DNA from: a virus
Lineage: Duplodnaviria > Caudoviricetes
Direction: 5' to 3' (one strand)
IMG/VR virus record: IMGVR_UViG_3300028364_000013
Length of the DNA stretch: 64,000 nucleotides
This document shows, one piece after another, positions 40,952-50,644 of this stretch. The notes beneath the pieces are model-generated. The model saw only the letters and a program-made list of their open reading frames with translations. It did not search any database and was not told the DNA's origin. Both the position numbers and the translations under genes were made by a program. How positions within the stretch are numbered: the first letter of the stretch is position 1; each line of letters starts with the position of its first letter.

Positions 40952-41119
40952 TTATAAAAAATGTGATGTTATCTCATAAGATAACGCTACTTTCATTGCA
41001 ACCTCTTTATCAAGACCTTCTAAAAAACCATACTCATCCCATCTATTAAAGATGTAGTGATTGGAAATTCTGTCTTTATCAAGGATTCCAAACCTTCCGC
41101 TGTTTAATAATTCACTCAT
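40952..41119 (-). pseudogene. 5' part of the IS-interrupted gene (MSELLNSGRFG...RWDEYGFLEGL...)
   Basis: 55 codons; its TAA is created by the element junction. Confidence 0.75.
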
Positions 41120-41246
41120 GAGGAAATATACAAAAGATAATTCATAAAATCAAAAAAAGCCCTTAGAATAATCCAAGAGCTTTTTATATTATTCAGCGCA
41201 AAACCTAATCATCACCGTTGGTGTGACTGGGAGGATTGGGGGTTTT

Positions 41247-42275
41247 TTATTTAATCAAAAATTCTTGGAGAACCTCACTCCCAAACTCTCCTTTGGTTAA
41301 ATTAATTATTTCTGTAACTGAATATTTTTCTTTCTTATTTATTTTATTTCTCTCAACAAAATCTTTAACACCAAAACTGCAAGCTCCAGTTATAGCTCGA
41401 TAACAAGAAACTGCTTGCTCAAAACTTAACTTATCTGTTAGCTTTAAGTTTTTAAAATCATCTTTGTTTACATCAGAATTTAACTTATAAATCAAATCTT
41501 CTCTTGCTTCTGAAAGAGAGTCTCCATGAGCATATCTGCCATTCCCATCTGTAACCAAATAAAAAACCTTCTCTTTAAATAGCTCTTTAACTCTGAAAAC
41601 ACCGCCTCTCACAGAAATAATCTCTGTAAATATACCATCTGCCTTTATGTATTTATCGCCCCACATAACTGGTCCAATTAATTTCGTGTAATCACAAGTC
41701 AAACCTCCCAAGTCCAAACCTCCTCCAACGGTTGGGTTAAATCCCTCTGGAATCGAAGTCAAGTTGTTCAAGTACAAACCTTCTCCAACAGTTGGGTTAA
41801 ATCCCTCTGGAATCGAAGTCAAGTTGTTCAAGTACAAACCTTCTCCAACAGTTGGGTTAAATCCATCTGGAATCGAGGTCAAACTGTTCAAGTCCAAACC
41901 TCCTCCAACGGTTGGGTTAAATCCCTCTGGAATCGAAGTCAAGTTGTTCAAGTACAAACCTTCTCCAACAGTTGGGTTAAATCCATCTGGAATCGAAGTC
42001 AAACTGTTCAAGTCCAAATATCCTCCAACGGTTGGGTTAAATCCCTGTGGAATCGAGGTCAAACCGCTCAAGTCCAAACCTCCTCCAACGGTTGGGTTAA
42101 ATCCCTCTGGAATCGAAGTCAAGTTGTTCAAGTACAAACCTTCTCCAACAGTTGGGTTAAATCCATCTGGAATCGAAGTCAACCCTCTCAAGTGCAAGCT
42201 TCCATTTATTTTAACTTCACCAGTAAACTGCTCTTCAGTTAAATTGTATTCCTTGCAAAATTCTTTTTTATTCAT
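41247..42275 (-). CDS. 20-aa LRR-like repeat protein, copy 1
   Basis: 8 tandem LTSIPEGFNPTVGxxLxLxx units; 342 aa. Confidence 0.85.
   Translation of the reverse strand: MNKKEFCKEYNLTEEQFTGEVKINGSLHLRGLTSIPDGFNPTVGEGLYLNNLTSIPEGFNPTVGGGLDLSGLTSIPQGFNPTVGGYLDLNSLTSIPDGFNPTVGEGLYLNNLTSIPEGFNPTVGGGLDLNSLTSIPDGFNPTVGEGLYLNNLTSIPEGFNPTVGEGLYLNNLTSIPEGFNPTVGGGLDLGGLTCDYTKLIGPVMWGDKYIKADGIFTEIISVRGGVFRVKELFKEKVFYLVTDGNGRYAHGDSLSEAREDLIYKLNSDVNKDDFKNLKLTDKLSFEQAVSCYRAITGACSFGVKDFVERNKINKKEKYSVTEIINLTKGEFGSEVLQEFLIK
41700..42195. repeat. 60-bp coding tandem repeat x8
   Basis: GTTGGGTTAAATCC recurs every 60 nt. Confidence 0.95.
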
Positions 42276-42283
42276 AATGTTTT

Positions 42284-43831
42284 TTATTTTGTTTCTAATT
42301 TTATAAATGGTTTAATCTTTTCACACTGTTTTAGTGCGACTCTAATTTCTTCAAATTTTCCAGGAATTACTGGATAGTAGAGTTCATTTATTTTCGTAAT
42401 GGCATAGTGAATCTCTAGGACTAGCGGCCAACCTTTCTCAAGGTCTTTCCAAGGTTCTGCATCACCAATTCTCTTATTAAGTTCTTTTACAAGCTTGTTT
42501 GTCTCTTGAAGGGCGTCTGAAATTAGATAGTTGTTCCAAAGTGTTTTTATATTGTCAATTCTCTGGTCAAGTCCAACACACCATTTTTCTTCAGACACAT
42601 AAGAGTGGTCTAATTCAATATTTGGGTCATCCACGAACTTGTCGAGAGTCTTACTAGCCAATACGGTGACTCTGGTGACTAAATTACCATAATCATCAGC
42701 AAGGTCATTGTTGTATTTAGCTACAAGCAACTCTTCATCCCAAGATGAGTTTCCATAAGTTCTTAAACCCGCAAGCGCATAGTAACGAACTGCATCAACT
42801 CCATATTTTTTAACTTGGTCAATAGGGTCAACAACATTTCCAACAGACTTACTCATCTTACGTCCATCTTTATCCAAAATAGTTCCATGAACAAGTAATT
42901 TATCTGTTTTTTTGATTCCTGCAGACATTAATAGTCCCTGAAATATTACAGACTGGAATTTAAGGTTATCTGGGCCACAAATCTGAATTACTTCAGACTC
43001 ATTCCACCTTTCTTCAAAGTCATGGTCGTCATGAAGGTCATTAGGGTAGTATCCTGCAGCAAATATGTAGTTTAACAAAGCATCAAACCATACATATATG
43101 ATTTGGTCTTCATCTCCTGGAACTGGGATTCCCCAACTAACAGTTTCTTTAACTCTGGATATAGAAATGTCCTGAAGATTCTCTATAATCTTATCGAATT
43201 CTCCAATCTTATTCTTTGGTTCAAAAAATTTGTCATTTACATGCAGCCACTGAAGAAACCTTTCTCTATATTTAGAAAGTTTGAAGAAATAGTTTTCTTC
43301 TTCAACTTCTTGAAGCTCTGTTGTTGGGTGGTCTGGACAAACTTTTCTTTTGTGTATATGCACCTTAGGATATTCAAGAGCAGGGTCAACTCCTCCAATA
43401 ATTCTATCCTCAAGTTCTCTATCGCTTTTGAATGACTCGCATCCAACACAATAGGTTCCAGTGTATTTCTTTTTGTAGATGTCGCCTCTATTGAAGGCTT
43501 CAACCCAGAACTGCTGAACATTCACATAATGCTCTGAGTCAGATGTTCTGTAAAATGAATCCCAGCTATCAATCTTAAGTTCTTTAATGAAATCTTCCCA
43601 ACTGTAAAGAAGGTCATCAACATATGCTTGAGGAGAAATACCCTTAGCTTCAGCTGCTTGCTGAATCTTTAAGCCATGTTCATCAAGACCAATATTGAAA
43701 AATACATTATCACCACGATATTTGAAATATCTCACCAAAGCATCAGCTATGATAAATTCAAAAGCGTGTCCTATGTGCGGATTTGAGTTCGCATATGGCA
43801 ATGTGGTCGTTATGTATTTATTTTTATTCAT
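42284..43831 (-). CDS. metG: methionyl-tRNA synthetase
   Basis: YITTTLPY, HIGH, YCVGCE, YVWFDAL, KMSKS. Confidence 0.95.
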   Translation of the reverse strand: MNKNKYITTTLPYANSNPHIGHAFEFIIADALVRYFKYRGDNVFFNIGLDEHGLKIQQAAEAKGISPQAYVDDLLYSWEDFIKELKIDSWDSFYRTSDSEHYVNVQQFWVEAFNRGDIYKKKYTGTYCVGCESFKSDRELEDRIIGGVDPALEYPKVHIHKRKVCPDHPTTELQEVEEENYFFKLSKYRERFLQWLHVNDKFFEPKNKIGEFDKIIENLQDISISRVKETVSWGIPVPGDEDQIIYVWFDALLNYIFAAGYYPNDLHDDHDFEERWNESEVIQICGPDNLKFQSVIFQGLLMSAGIKKTDKLLVHGTILDKDGRKMSKSVGNVVDPIDQVKKYGVDAVRYYALAGLRTYGNSSWDEELLVAKYNNDLADDYGNLVTRVTVLASKTLDKFVDDPNIELDHSYVSEEKWCVGLDQRIDNIKTLWNNYLISDALQETNKLVKELNKRIGDAEPWKDLEKGWPLVLEIHYAITKINELYYPVIPGKFEEIRVALKQCEKIKPFIKLETK

Positions 43832-45613
43832 ATTAATACGTCAAAATTTTCAAGTAATTCTTTTAATGTTCTATGTTGTAATACTTTTGGATTTTTTGCT
43901 ATCATCTCTATTACCGACAACTGGTCAATCCTAACCTTATGGGTGTCATCTAAGTCTTTTTTTTCTACATGAAATAAAGCACATTGAACATCTACAACCC
44001 ATTCTTCAAACTCTTCTTTATTCATTATCTTGTACAAAATTTAAAGGGTTTAATGGGTCTCTACTTTTCTTCCATTGATTATTCATGTCTGTCCAGAATT
44101 CAATTGCCTGGCTGTATGTCAAACCATACTTCTCAGCAATCTCTTCAACTTCCTTGAAGTTTTGAGAATTCTTTTTATCAATTGAGTGATGGCTGTAATC
44201 TGATTTCTTATTCTCAGTGTTGTTGAAGCTGTATTCACCAGAGTGAATGCTTACATTTACTCCATACTTATCAAGTTGCTCTGCAAACTTTTCGTAAATA
44301 ACCTCAGTATAGTTTTCAGCCCTAAATGTTGACTCTTGCCAATCATAAAAAGCATCAGATAATTTTTCATCAATTAGAAGCCTCCTCATCTCATCTTTTT
44401 CAGACCAACCATTTGGAAAGGTCATAGCATCCTTGGTGAAGTCATCCACCATCTTTCCAAACCTATACCAGAACATGAATTTAATCATCTCGTCTCTGGT
44501 AAGCCATTCATCATTAATCCAACCATCAGCAACAGAAGTCCAGAATTTATATCTTTTCCCATGCTTCTTAGTTTCTTGTATTTTTAAGCTCCAACCCATT
44601 ATTCTTCTATTTTAAGACTACTGTAAGCAACATCCATTTCTGCGCCATTGTCAAATTTAACAGCCACAAAATGGTCAAATTTACCAAAAGTTCCAAATGC
44701 TTTATTTGGTATTGTTTTGCCCTCAGAGCCAACCACACATTTACTATTGTATTTGGTCAAACCTGATTTTAATGTTACCTTCTGAGGTTCTCCGCCTAAC
44801 TGCATAATATAAATTTTTAATAGTTTACAATTCGTGGAGAATCAACTTTAAGTCGAAGTTCAAGCCACTGAAGCAATCTTTTAGAATCATCTTCAGCACC
44901 TTTGTAGCCTTCTTCCCACTTGACAATAAAAGTTGGAATCGTGTCCACCTTTCCATCAAAATTGAGCTCCACACTTTCGTTATACGATAATTTCTCAACT
45001 TTGTTGTAATTTATTTGAATTTCTTTTTCGATTTCCAAAAGAGGAACACTTGTTTTGTTTAAATTAGACAATTGTGACTCAAGGAATTTAATCTTTTCAT
45101 CCTTGTCATGAATTTGAATATCCTTCTCCTTATAAAGGTCTTCAATAAAGTCTGCACTCAAGTGGTCTTCAGCAATTTCTCCAGTCATATTCTTAGCCTG
45201 GCTTACTGTAAACTTTGCACCTTCAAGACCGTGCTCATCTAACTGTTGCCTCCAAGCTTCTCAAACATTGTGACAGCTCCGTATATGCCACCAATTTCAT
45301 TACAGAAATCCATCATCCACTTTCCAGTTGGAGATGTTGTTCCTCTTAATCTAATTACAGCCCCTTGAAGCTGGCTTCTTTCTATGCCATCCTTGCCTTT
45401 GACTTTAATAGCACTTTTCTCTTCCCAAATCTTGTCACTATCTTCTTTTGATAGGATGTCAACTTCATCAATACTTTTAAGGTGCTCTAACTTCTCTTTA
45501 TCGAAATTCAGAAAAATATATGAATCATTAAACCCCCAATATTGAGTTGTTCCAAATTGTCCTTTTTTAAGAGCAGTTTTTCTATGTCCTGGTTTTTCTA
45601 TTATTTCTTCCAT
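43828..45613 (-). CDS. run of hypothetical ORFs (43828..44037, 44018..44599, 44599..44805, 44817..45188, 45239..45613)
   Basis: Tightly packed co-oriented ORFs. Confidence 0.55.
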
Positions 45614-45638
45614 TAATAAAATTATTGGTTCACTTAGT

Positions 45639-45663
45639 TTATACGAAAAAAAAGAGGAATGTT
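45639..45663 (-). promoter_or_regulatory. ECF-sigma-type promoter (spacer 15)
   Basis: AGAAC-N15-CGTATAA. Confidence 0.6.
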
Positions 45664-46077
45664 CTAATTCCTCTTCTTATTTTTATTATTTCTATATGTA
45701 ATGTGGTCTACAAAACCTTTTTCAGTATGATAACCCCACTCTTTTTCTTTTCTCTTTCCGACAATTGCCAACGTGATTACTTTCTTTGACACAACCTGTC
45801 TGATGCAGTGGAATCTATCCGAATTTCGGTATCCCATGTTTAAAAACGTTCTAACCTTATGAGTTTTATCCTTCCCGTTCTTCATCAAGAGCTCCTCTAC
45901 ATAAGAGCCCCACAATATCATCGTCCAAATACTCCAAGGATGATTGTGAAGATGGTCATCCTGGTCTTCCTTGTAAATACCATGGATGTACACACAAAAC
46001 CATAGAGTCTTTAACAACTGCCATCTCCTGAAGTGCAATTCTCCAGATTTGCTTATTATTTCTTTTACTAAATTCAT
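45664..46077 (-). CDS. cupin-fold protein
   Basis: HLHNHPW...GSYVEE...FHCI. Confidence 0.6.
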   Translation of the reverse strand: MNLVKEIISKSGELHFRRWQLLKTLWFCVYIHGIYKEDQDDHLHNHPWSIWTMILWGSYVEELLMKNGKDKTHKVRTFLNMGYRNSDRFHCIRQVVSKKVITLAIVGKRKEKEWGYHTEKGFVDHITYRNNKNKKRN

Positions 46078-46093
46078 AATTCAAATATTAAAA

Positions 46094-46334
46094 ATAAATA
46101 AAGGCTCATAACCAGGTTCCTGTCGTGGGTTATCATTTGTCTATTGTCCTCTACCCGTACCTCACTGGAGCAGCTCACCCTCCTAAGTACTGTTTGAGTT
46201 TCATCTCGGCAGGAATTACACTTATGGTGGTACAATAACGCTTTTCAGCTCCCACACCGCCTAAACTGTGATGGCCTGAGTTTGTCCTCTCATCCCAACA
46301 AGTGGGGTAGAGCGATAACCTCGCCTTTATTTAT
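46094..46334 (-). ncRNA. rnpB: RNase P RNA-like ribozyme, reduced (about 240 nt)
   Basis: P1 ATAAATAAAGGC/GCCTTTATTTAT, P2 GGTTATC/GATAACC, P4 AAC-U-CAGG/CCTGGTT with bulged U, CR-like GAGGACAAA, GGGTAG, AGACAAATGAT, ACAGGAACC. Confidence 0.75.
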
Positions 46335-47133
46335 ATTCTTTCAACACTGGATACATTGCAAAAGCTTCTGCATCTGTTGTTGGCATCTTGTGGTAACGAA
46401 TGTAAATCTTTTTCTTATAATTCTCTTCATAAGCTTCATGACCCTCTTCATCCTCTTTAACATATCTCAAATTAGGGTCGTAATCTGGAGCAGTAAACTC
46501 AAGACTATACTCACACCCTCTATACTTGTATTTTTTCCAACCAAGTTCTTCAAGCAAATTTAAGAAAAATTCTTGATTAAGAAAATTCTCTTTTGATTTC
46601 ATCGCTTCTTCATGCTTTTTTTTGCTCCAGTGTCCACCTTCTGTACTCCAAATGTGTCCACCATTATGTTTGATGTCGCTGTTGAAGTCTTCTTTAATTT
46701 CATATAAATACCAAGCAACTGGAACTGATTCATGCGAAAGTGTTTTGAATATAGCGAAGTTTCCAAGTTCGTCTACCCAATGTAATTTCTTCATGTGAGA
46801 AGTGGTGTATCCAGAATAAAATTCACAAAACATGTCAACAAGGTCTTGGTTGTAATCGTTTACATCCAAACCTCTCTTCATGTCATCAAGCATATCTTGC
46901 AGATATGATATTTCTCCTTTTTTAAATTTTATTTCATCTCTAACTTCCTCTTTATAGTCAACAACAATCTCTGTCTGCTTTCTCTCAGCAAGAGTAAGCT
47001 CCTGGCGAAGTCTTTTGACCTCATCAGTAGCATCCTGATATTCAGGCAAGAATTTATAACCATCAAGAATCTCTTTCAAGTCTTCTCTCTCCTTGGCTAT
47101 CATTCTTTTTATTTCTGCTTGAGTATGTGACAT
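46327..47133 (-). CDS. hypothetical coiled-coil protein
   Basis: Probable start MSHTQ (or TTG at 47151); stop overlaps the 5' end of the RNase P-like RNA. Confidence 0.65.
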   Translation of the reverse strand: MSHTQAEIKRMIAKEREDLKEILDGYKFLPEYQDATDEVKRLRQELTLAERKQTEIVVDYKEEVRDEIKFKKGEISYLQDMLDDMKRGLDVNDYNQDLVDMFCEFYSGYTTSHMKKLHWVDELGNFAIFKTLSHESVPVAWYLYEIKEDFNSDIKHNGGHIWSTEGGHWSKKKHEEAMKSKENFLNQEFFLNLLEELGWKKYKYRGCEYSLEFTAPDYDPNLRYVKEDEEGHEAYEENYKKKIYIRYHKMPTTDAEAFAMYPVLKEYK

Positions 47134-47156
47134 TTTAATATATTGGTTCAATTTAG

Positions 47157-47182
47157 TTATACGTCAAAATAAGAAAAATGTT
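47157..47182 (-). promoter_or_regulatory. ECF-sigma-type promoter
   Basis: GGAAC-N16-CGTATAA. Confidence 0.75.
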
Positions 47183-47287
47183 CCAAAAAAAATAATTATC
47201 CAATTATAATGTTATTAAATTGAAAAGTTTTGTATATTTGCGCCTGGTTTCAAAATCTTAGTATATTTACTTTAGAAGATAAACAAG

Positions 47288-47491
47288 ATGAACACAGAGA
47301 TAATAGAGATGAAAGAAAAGAAAGAGACGTTCAACGTTCCATTGTTACCAGTTACAACTAAAGTTCCTGCTAAATTATTGGGTCCTGATATTTTGACCCT
47401 GGAGCAGCAGGCAAAAAACTACAGAACTTCAAGAATAGAAAGGGTTATCAAAAGCTTCATCGCAGTAAAATACATTGGAGAGTTAAAATAG
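47288..47491 (+). CDS. hypothetical protein
   Basis: Preceded by Bacteroidota-like TATATTTG (47233..47240), followed by a hairpin terminator. Confidence 0.5.
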   Translation: MNTEIIEMKEKKETFNVPLLPVTTKVPAKLLGPDILTLEQQAKNYRTSRIERVIKSFIAVKYIGELK

Positions 47492-47769
47492 TGACCATAA
47501 AAAAGGGCGAACTCCAAAGAATCCGCCCTTAAAAAATAAACAACCCAATCACATCGGCATGCCCTTATTCAAATGGGAAACTCCGATAAACTCAGGAAAC
47601 ACTCCTGGCAGTGATGGTTCGCAACTAATCAACATAATCAAACTTTTATTATTAAACTTAATAGTAGTAAGTCAAATCATGTGCCATAGCAATTTATATG
47701 ACATAATGACAAAAAAGACCTAAAATTTAAAAATTTAGGTCTGCCATATTATTCATTATATTTCAATTT

Positions 47770-48441
47770 CTATAAATATTGGTCATACCAATAATTTTCT
47801 GCAACATCAATCGCTTTTTGTATGTCAAAGCCATTTCTAATAAACTTACTTGCTCTTGTCAATAGTTCTTTATATTGTTCGTCTTTATTTAGATAATAAG
47901 CAGTATTAAATATTTCAATGGTTTTAATTTCTTCTTGACTTGCTTCCTGAAACCATTCTTGTTTTTCTTCTTCTGAACCAAAATCATCTTCACTAAATAA
48001 GATGTCAAACTTAAAATATGGACTATCTGGTGAAAGCGTCTTTTTCTTGATGTCAGCTCTATCATAAAACTGTTTCCAAACACCCCACGCTTCGCCTCTA
48101 ACATCTCCATCTCTTGACGGCATAAGTCCTTTACCATTTCTTCCAGCATGCATCATTGCAAGTTCATATATAAATGGCCCAAACCCTTTTTCTGCAGCAA
48201 CACCAGTTACAAAATAATCTGGACCAAACTCATTTCTATAAACCACTGTTATTGTTCCATAAATCTTTTTATTAGTTGGGTCATAAATAACAAGGTCATA
48301 ACCTTGGTTTATATCTCTTACAAATAGCGCTGCTGTTTCTGGAAGGTCTTTTGTTCTTAGTGCGCTCTCTTTAAAAAAAACTTCATCAACAACTTCTCTT
48401 ATTATTTTTATAATATACATATTGTCATTTAATTTTCTCAA
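47770..48441 (-). CDS. putative virion-packaged protein, GNAT-like
   Basis: IIREVVDE N-terminal motif; VAAEKGFGPFIYELAM resembles GNAT motif A. Confidence 0.5.
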   Translation of the reverse strand: MRKLNDNMYIIKIIREVVDEVFFKESALRTKDLPETAALFVRDINQGYDLVIYDPTNKKIYGTITVVYRNEFGPDYFVTGVAAEKGFGPFIYELAMMHAGRNGKGLMPSRDGDVRGEAWGVWKQFYDRADIKKKTLSPDSPYFKFDILFSEDDFGSEEEKQEWFQEASQEEIKTIEIFNTAYYLNKDEQYKELLTRASKFIRNGFDIQKAIDVAENYWYDQYL

Positions 48442-49012
48442 TAAATTCTATAGCTCCTGGATTAAATACTATAATATGCTTATCTCCAGACACTCCAGAT
48501 GGAGCATCTACAATTATTCCATCATAACCAAGCTTAACCATATTTCTAACATAATCAACAGAATTATATCTGTAAAAATCTGCCTCTATTTGTTGAAAGG
48601 CTTCAGCTTCATCGTTATTATATTTAATTGCCATGTTAGCTGCTTCGTAAGCGCCAGTTTCTGGGTCTTCAGAATAATCTTGAGCATCCATCTCCCATTC
48701 ATCCTTCATTTTAATAAGCCTAACAAGCTCTTCTGGGTCAACACTGTCAATTGGAGCGTTTCTATCAAGAAACTTTCCCTTTATAAGAACTTTGTAAATG
48801 TGGTCACCATAATAAGAAGCATCTTCAGCGTTAGTTGCAAAATATATCCCAGCACCTTGTGCGTCATTAGCTTTTTCTCCTCCAACAAAGTCATCTGTAA
48901 ATCTTTCAATCTCATTTGGACTACCATGATATGCTTCAAACGAATCTTCTATTATTTCATTAATAAATGATTCTTTTAAAACTTCTCTTATTATGTTTCT
49001 TACCTCTTTCAT
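48425..49012 (-). CDS. putative ADP-ribosyltransferase-fold protein
   Basis: Start MKEVRNIIREVLKE; AYHGS...QGAGIYFAT...GYDGII. Confidence 0.65.
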   Translation of the reverse strand: MKEVRNIIREVLKESFINEIIEDSFEAYHGSPNEIERFTDDFVGGEKANDAQGAGIYFATNAEDASYYGDHIYKVLIKGKFLDRNAPIDSVDPEELVRLIKMKDEWEMDAQDYSEDPETGAYEAANMAIKYNNDEAEAFQQIEADFYRYNSVDYVRNMVKLGYDGIIVDAPSGVSGDKHIIVFNPGAIEFIEKIK

Positions 49013-49842
49013 TAAACTTTTTGATAACGTCCTTTGAATTTTGGAATGTCTTCTTTTGCTAAGTTCAAGCACACATATTCTTCACCAGCTTTAATGGCTC
49101 CCATAATTCTATGGTGACCATCTCTCAATTGAACTACGAACTTATTGAAGTCTCCTTCTTCATTTACTTTGGCTGATTTTAATGCTATTTCTAAATTTAT
49201 AAACTCGCCAAATGCTTCAACTTCATCTTCATCTGGACCAATGGCCATAAATCCTTCTTTAAGTTGTTCTGGAGTATATCTTTCACCAATAACATCAAAT
49301 TTATGATTTTCAAAAAACTCTAAAGCTTCTGGTCCAACGCTATATGCAAAATCCATGTCTTCAATATTTTTCCCCGCATATTGGTCAAGCTCTTCGCTTC
49401 CAGTTGATGCTGCCTCTATCTTTCCATCATAATCACTATCAAACCTATCTTCGGCTACAGCGTTCTGCTCTTCCTTGATGTCTATAATATCTATGATTCC
49501 ACCAATTCCATAAGAACACTCAAGTTCTATTTTCTCTGGATAATCTGAAATAAGTTTTACAATGTATCTCATTTTGGCTGGGTCATATATATTTCCAAAC
49601 ATACCCTCAATCTGGTCTTTATGGATTACAATCATTTGGTCTGGGTCTCCATACCAAACAACGTTACGGCCTTCATATTTGTGGCTCCACCCTTTTATTT
49701 CATTTGAAATTGTTGGAGTAAAATATTGTTCACCCTCATCTTCCATATAGTGCTCATCATCACCATATTCTTCCTCATCTTCGTAATACTCTTTAAGAAT
49801 TACTTCACGAATAATCTTCCTTATTTCTAATATAATATCCAT
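49012..49842 (-). CDS. acidic protein with C-terminal ParB/Srx-like motif
   Basis: IRKIIREVILKE; LRDGHHRIMGA. Confidence 0.55.
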   Translation of the reverse strand: MDIILEIRKIIREVILKEYYEDEEEYGDDEHYMEDEGEQYFTPTISNEIKGWSHKYEGRNVVWYGDPDQMIVIHKDQIEGMFGNIYDPAKMRYIVKLISDYPEKIELECSYGIGGIIDIIDIKEEQNAVAEDRFDSDYDGKIEAASTGSEELDQYAGKNIEDMDFAYSVGPEALEFFENHKFDVIGERYTPEQLKEGFMAIGPDEDEVEAFGEFINLEIALKSAKVNEEGDFNKFVVQLRDGHHRIMGAIKAGEEYVCLNLAKEDIPKFKGRYQKV

Positions 49843-49853
49843 TCCAAAGTCAT

Positions 49854-50642
49854 TTAGTTAATCATATTTTTACCTAACAAACCTTCACGATACATTCTTT
49901 TTAGCAAATCCCTCTTCCATTTAGTCTTAATATCACCAACTAATTGACTGTTTACAATATTCAATGTAGTAGATAATTTTAACAAATCTTCAAACGTCAA
50001 TGAATCCCATATATCAGAATATTCTTTTTTAAGTTGGACTATATTATGTATCTGTCCTTGTATCTCCATTTTGTCTGCATTAATTGGCAAACCTCTTTTA
50101 GTCATTCCGCCACCAGTCTCAAGAGCTTTATTTGCTCTTAATTTTATATGACCATTATGAAGTGTATCATCAATCCAGTGTGCAAGCTCATGATGAATAC
50201 TTCCTTTTATTTTAGACTCTGAAAACTCATTGCTTAAATTTATAGACTGCTCCTTATTTCCACTAAGTTTTAATTCTAAAATTGCCTTATTTAAGTTTCC
50301 ATTAAAATTTTCTAAAACAAAATCAACTGCATTATCTGACACACCCAACGCAATCACAGATGCTTTTGGATTGTAATGATTAGCTCCTATATTTATAAAT
50401 ATTTTACACCTATTTAGCTTATCCGCTTTCTTTGCAAGGGAAGAATTTAAGAAACTTGTATTATATTCTTTTTTTTCAAAATCAACATCATATAAAGAAT
50501 TTGTGCTTTTTACCTTTTCAATATCATCTCTGAAGTAATAATCATATATCATATCAACATCGCTGTCAACATCCATCAACCTCTCATTGATTAGTTCGAC
50601 ATCTTCACTCAACACTTCTCTTATAATTCTTCTAATATCCAT
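49854..50642 (-). CDS. putative zincin-like metallopeptidase
   Basis: IRRIIREVLSE; HHELAHWID. Confidence 0.55.
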   Translation of the reverse strand: MDIRRIIREVLSEDVELINERLMDVDSDVDMIYDYYFRDDIEKVKSTNSLYDVDFEKKEYNTSFLNSSLAKKADKLNRCKIFINIGANHYNPKASVIALGVSDNAVDFVLENFNGNLNKAILELKLSGNKEQSINLSNEFSESKIKGSIHHELAHWIDDTLHNGHIKLRANKALETGGGMTKRGLPINADKMEIQGQIHNIVQLKKEYSDIWDSLTFEDLLKLSTTLNIVNSQLVGDIKTKWKRDLLKRMYREGLLGKNMIN

Positions 50643-50644
50643 TT

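Larger units (their letters stand above)
39164..40953. mobile_element. IS200/IS605-family element (divergent tnpA and tnpB)
   Basis: Subterminal hairpins at both ends, minus-strand right end GGTAGTTCAC, left end preceded by TTTAT, no target duplication. Confidence 0.88.

Noticed and set aside
39164-40953. IStron (intron-IS chimera)
   Set aside because: Only about 65 nt lie between the tnpA stop and the left end, too little for a group I ribozyme
47658-47687. MAHDLTYYY as a fifth (Tyr) leader
   Set aside because: No tRNA-Tyr or related gene follows, the next terminator is about 130 nt away, and I see no antiterminator; likely chance
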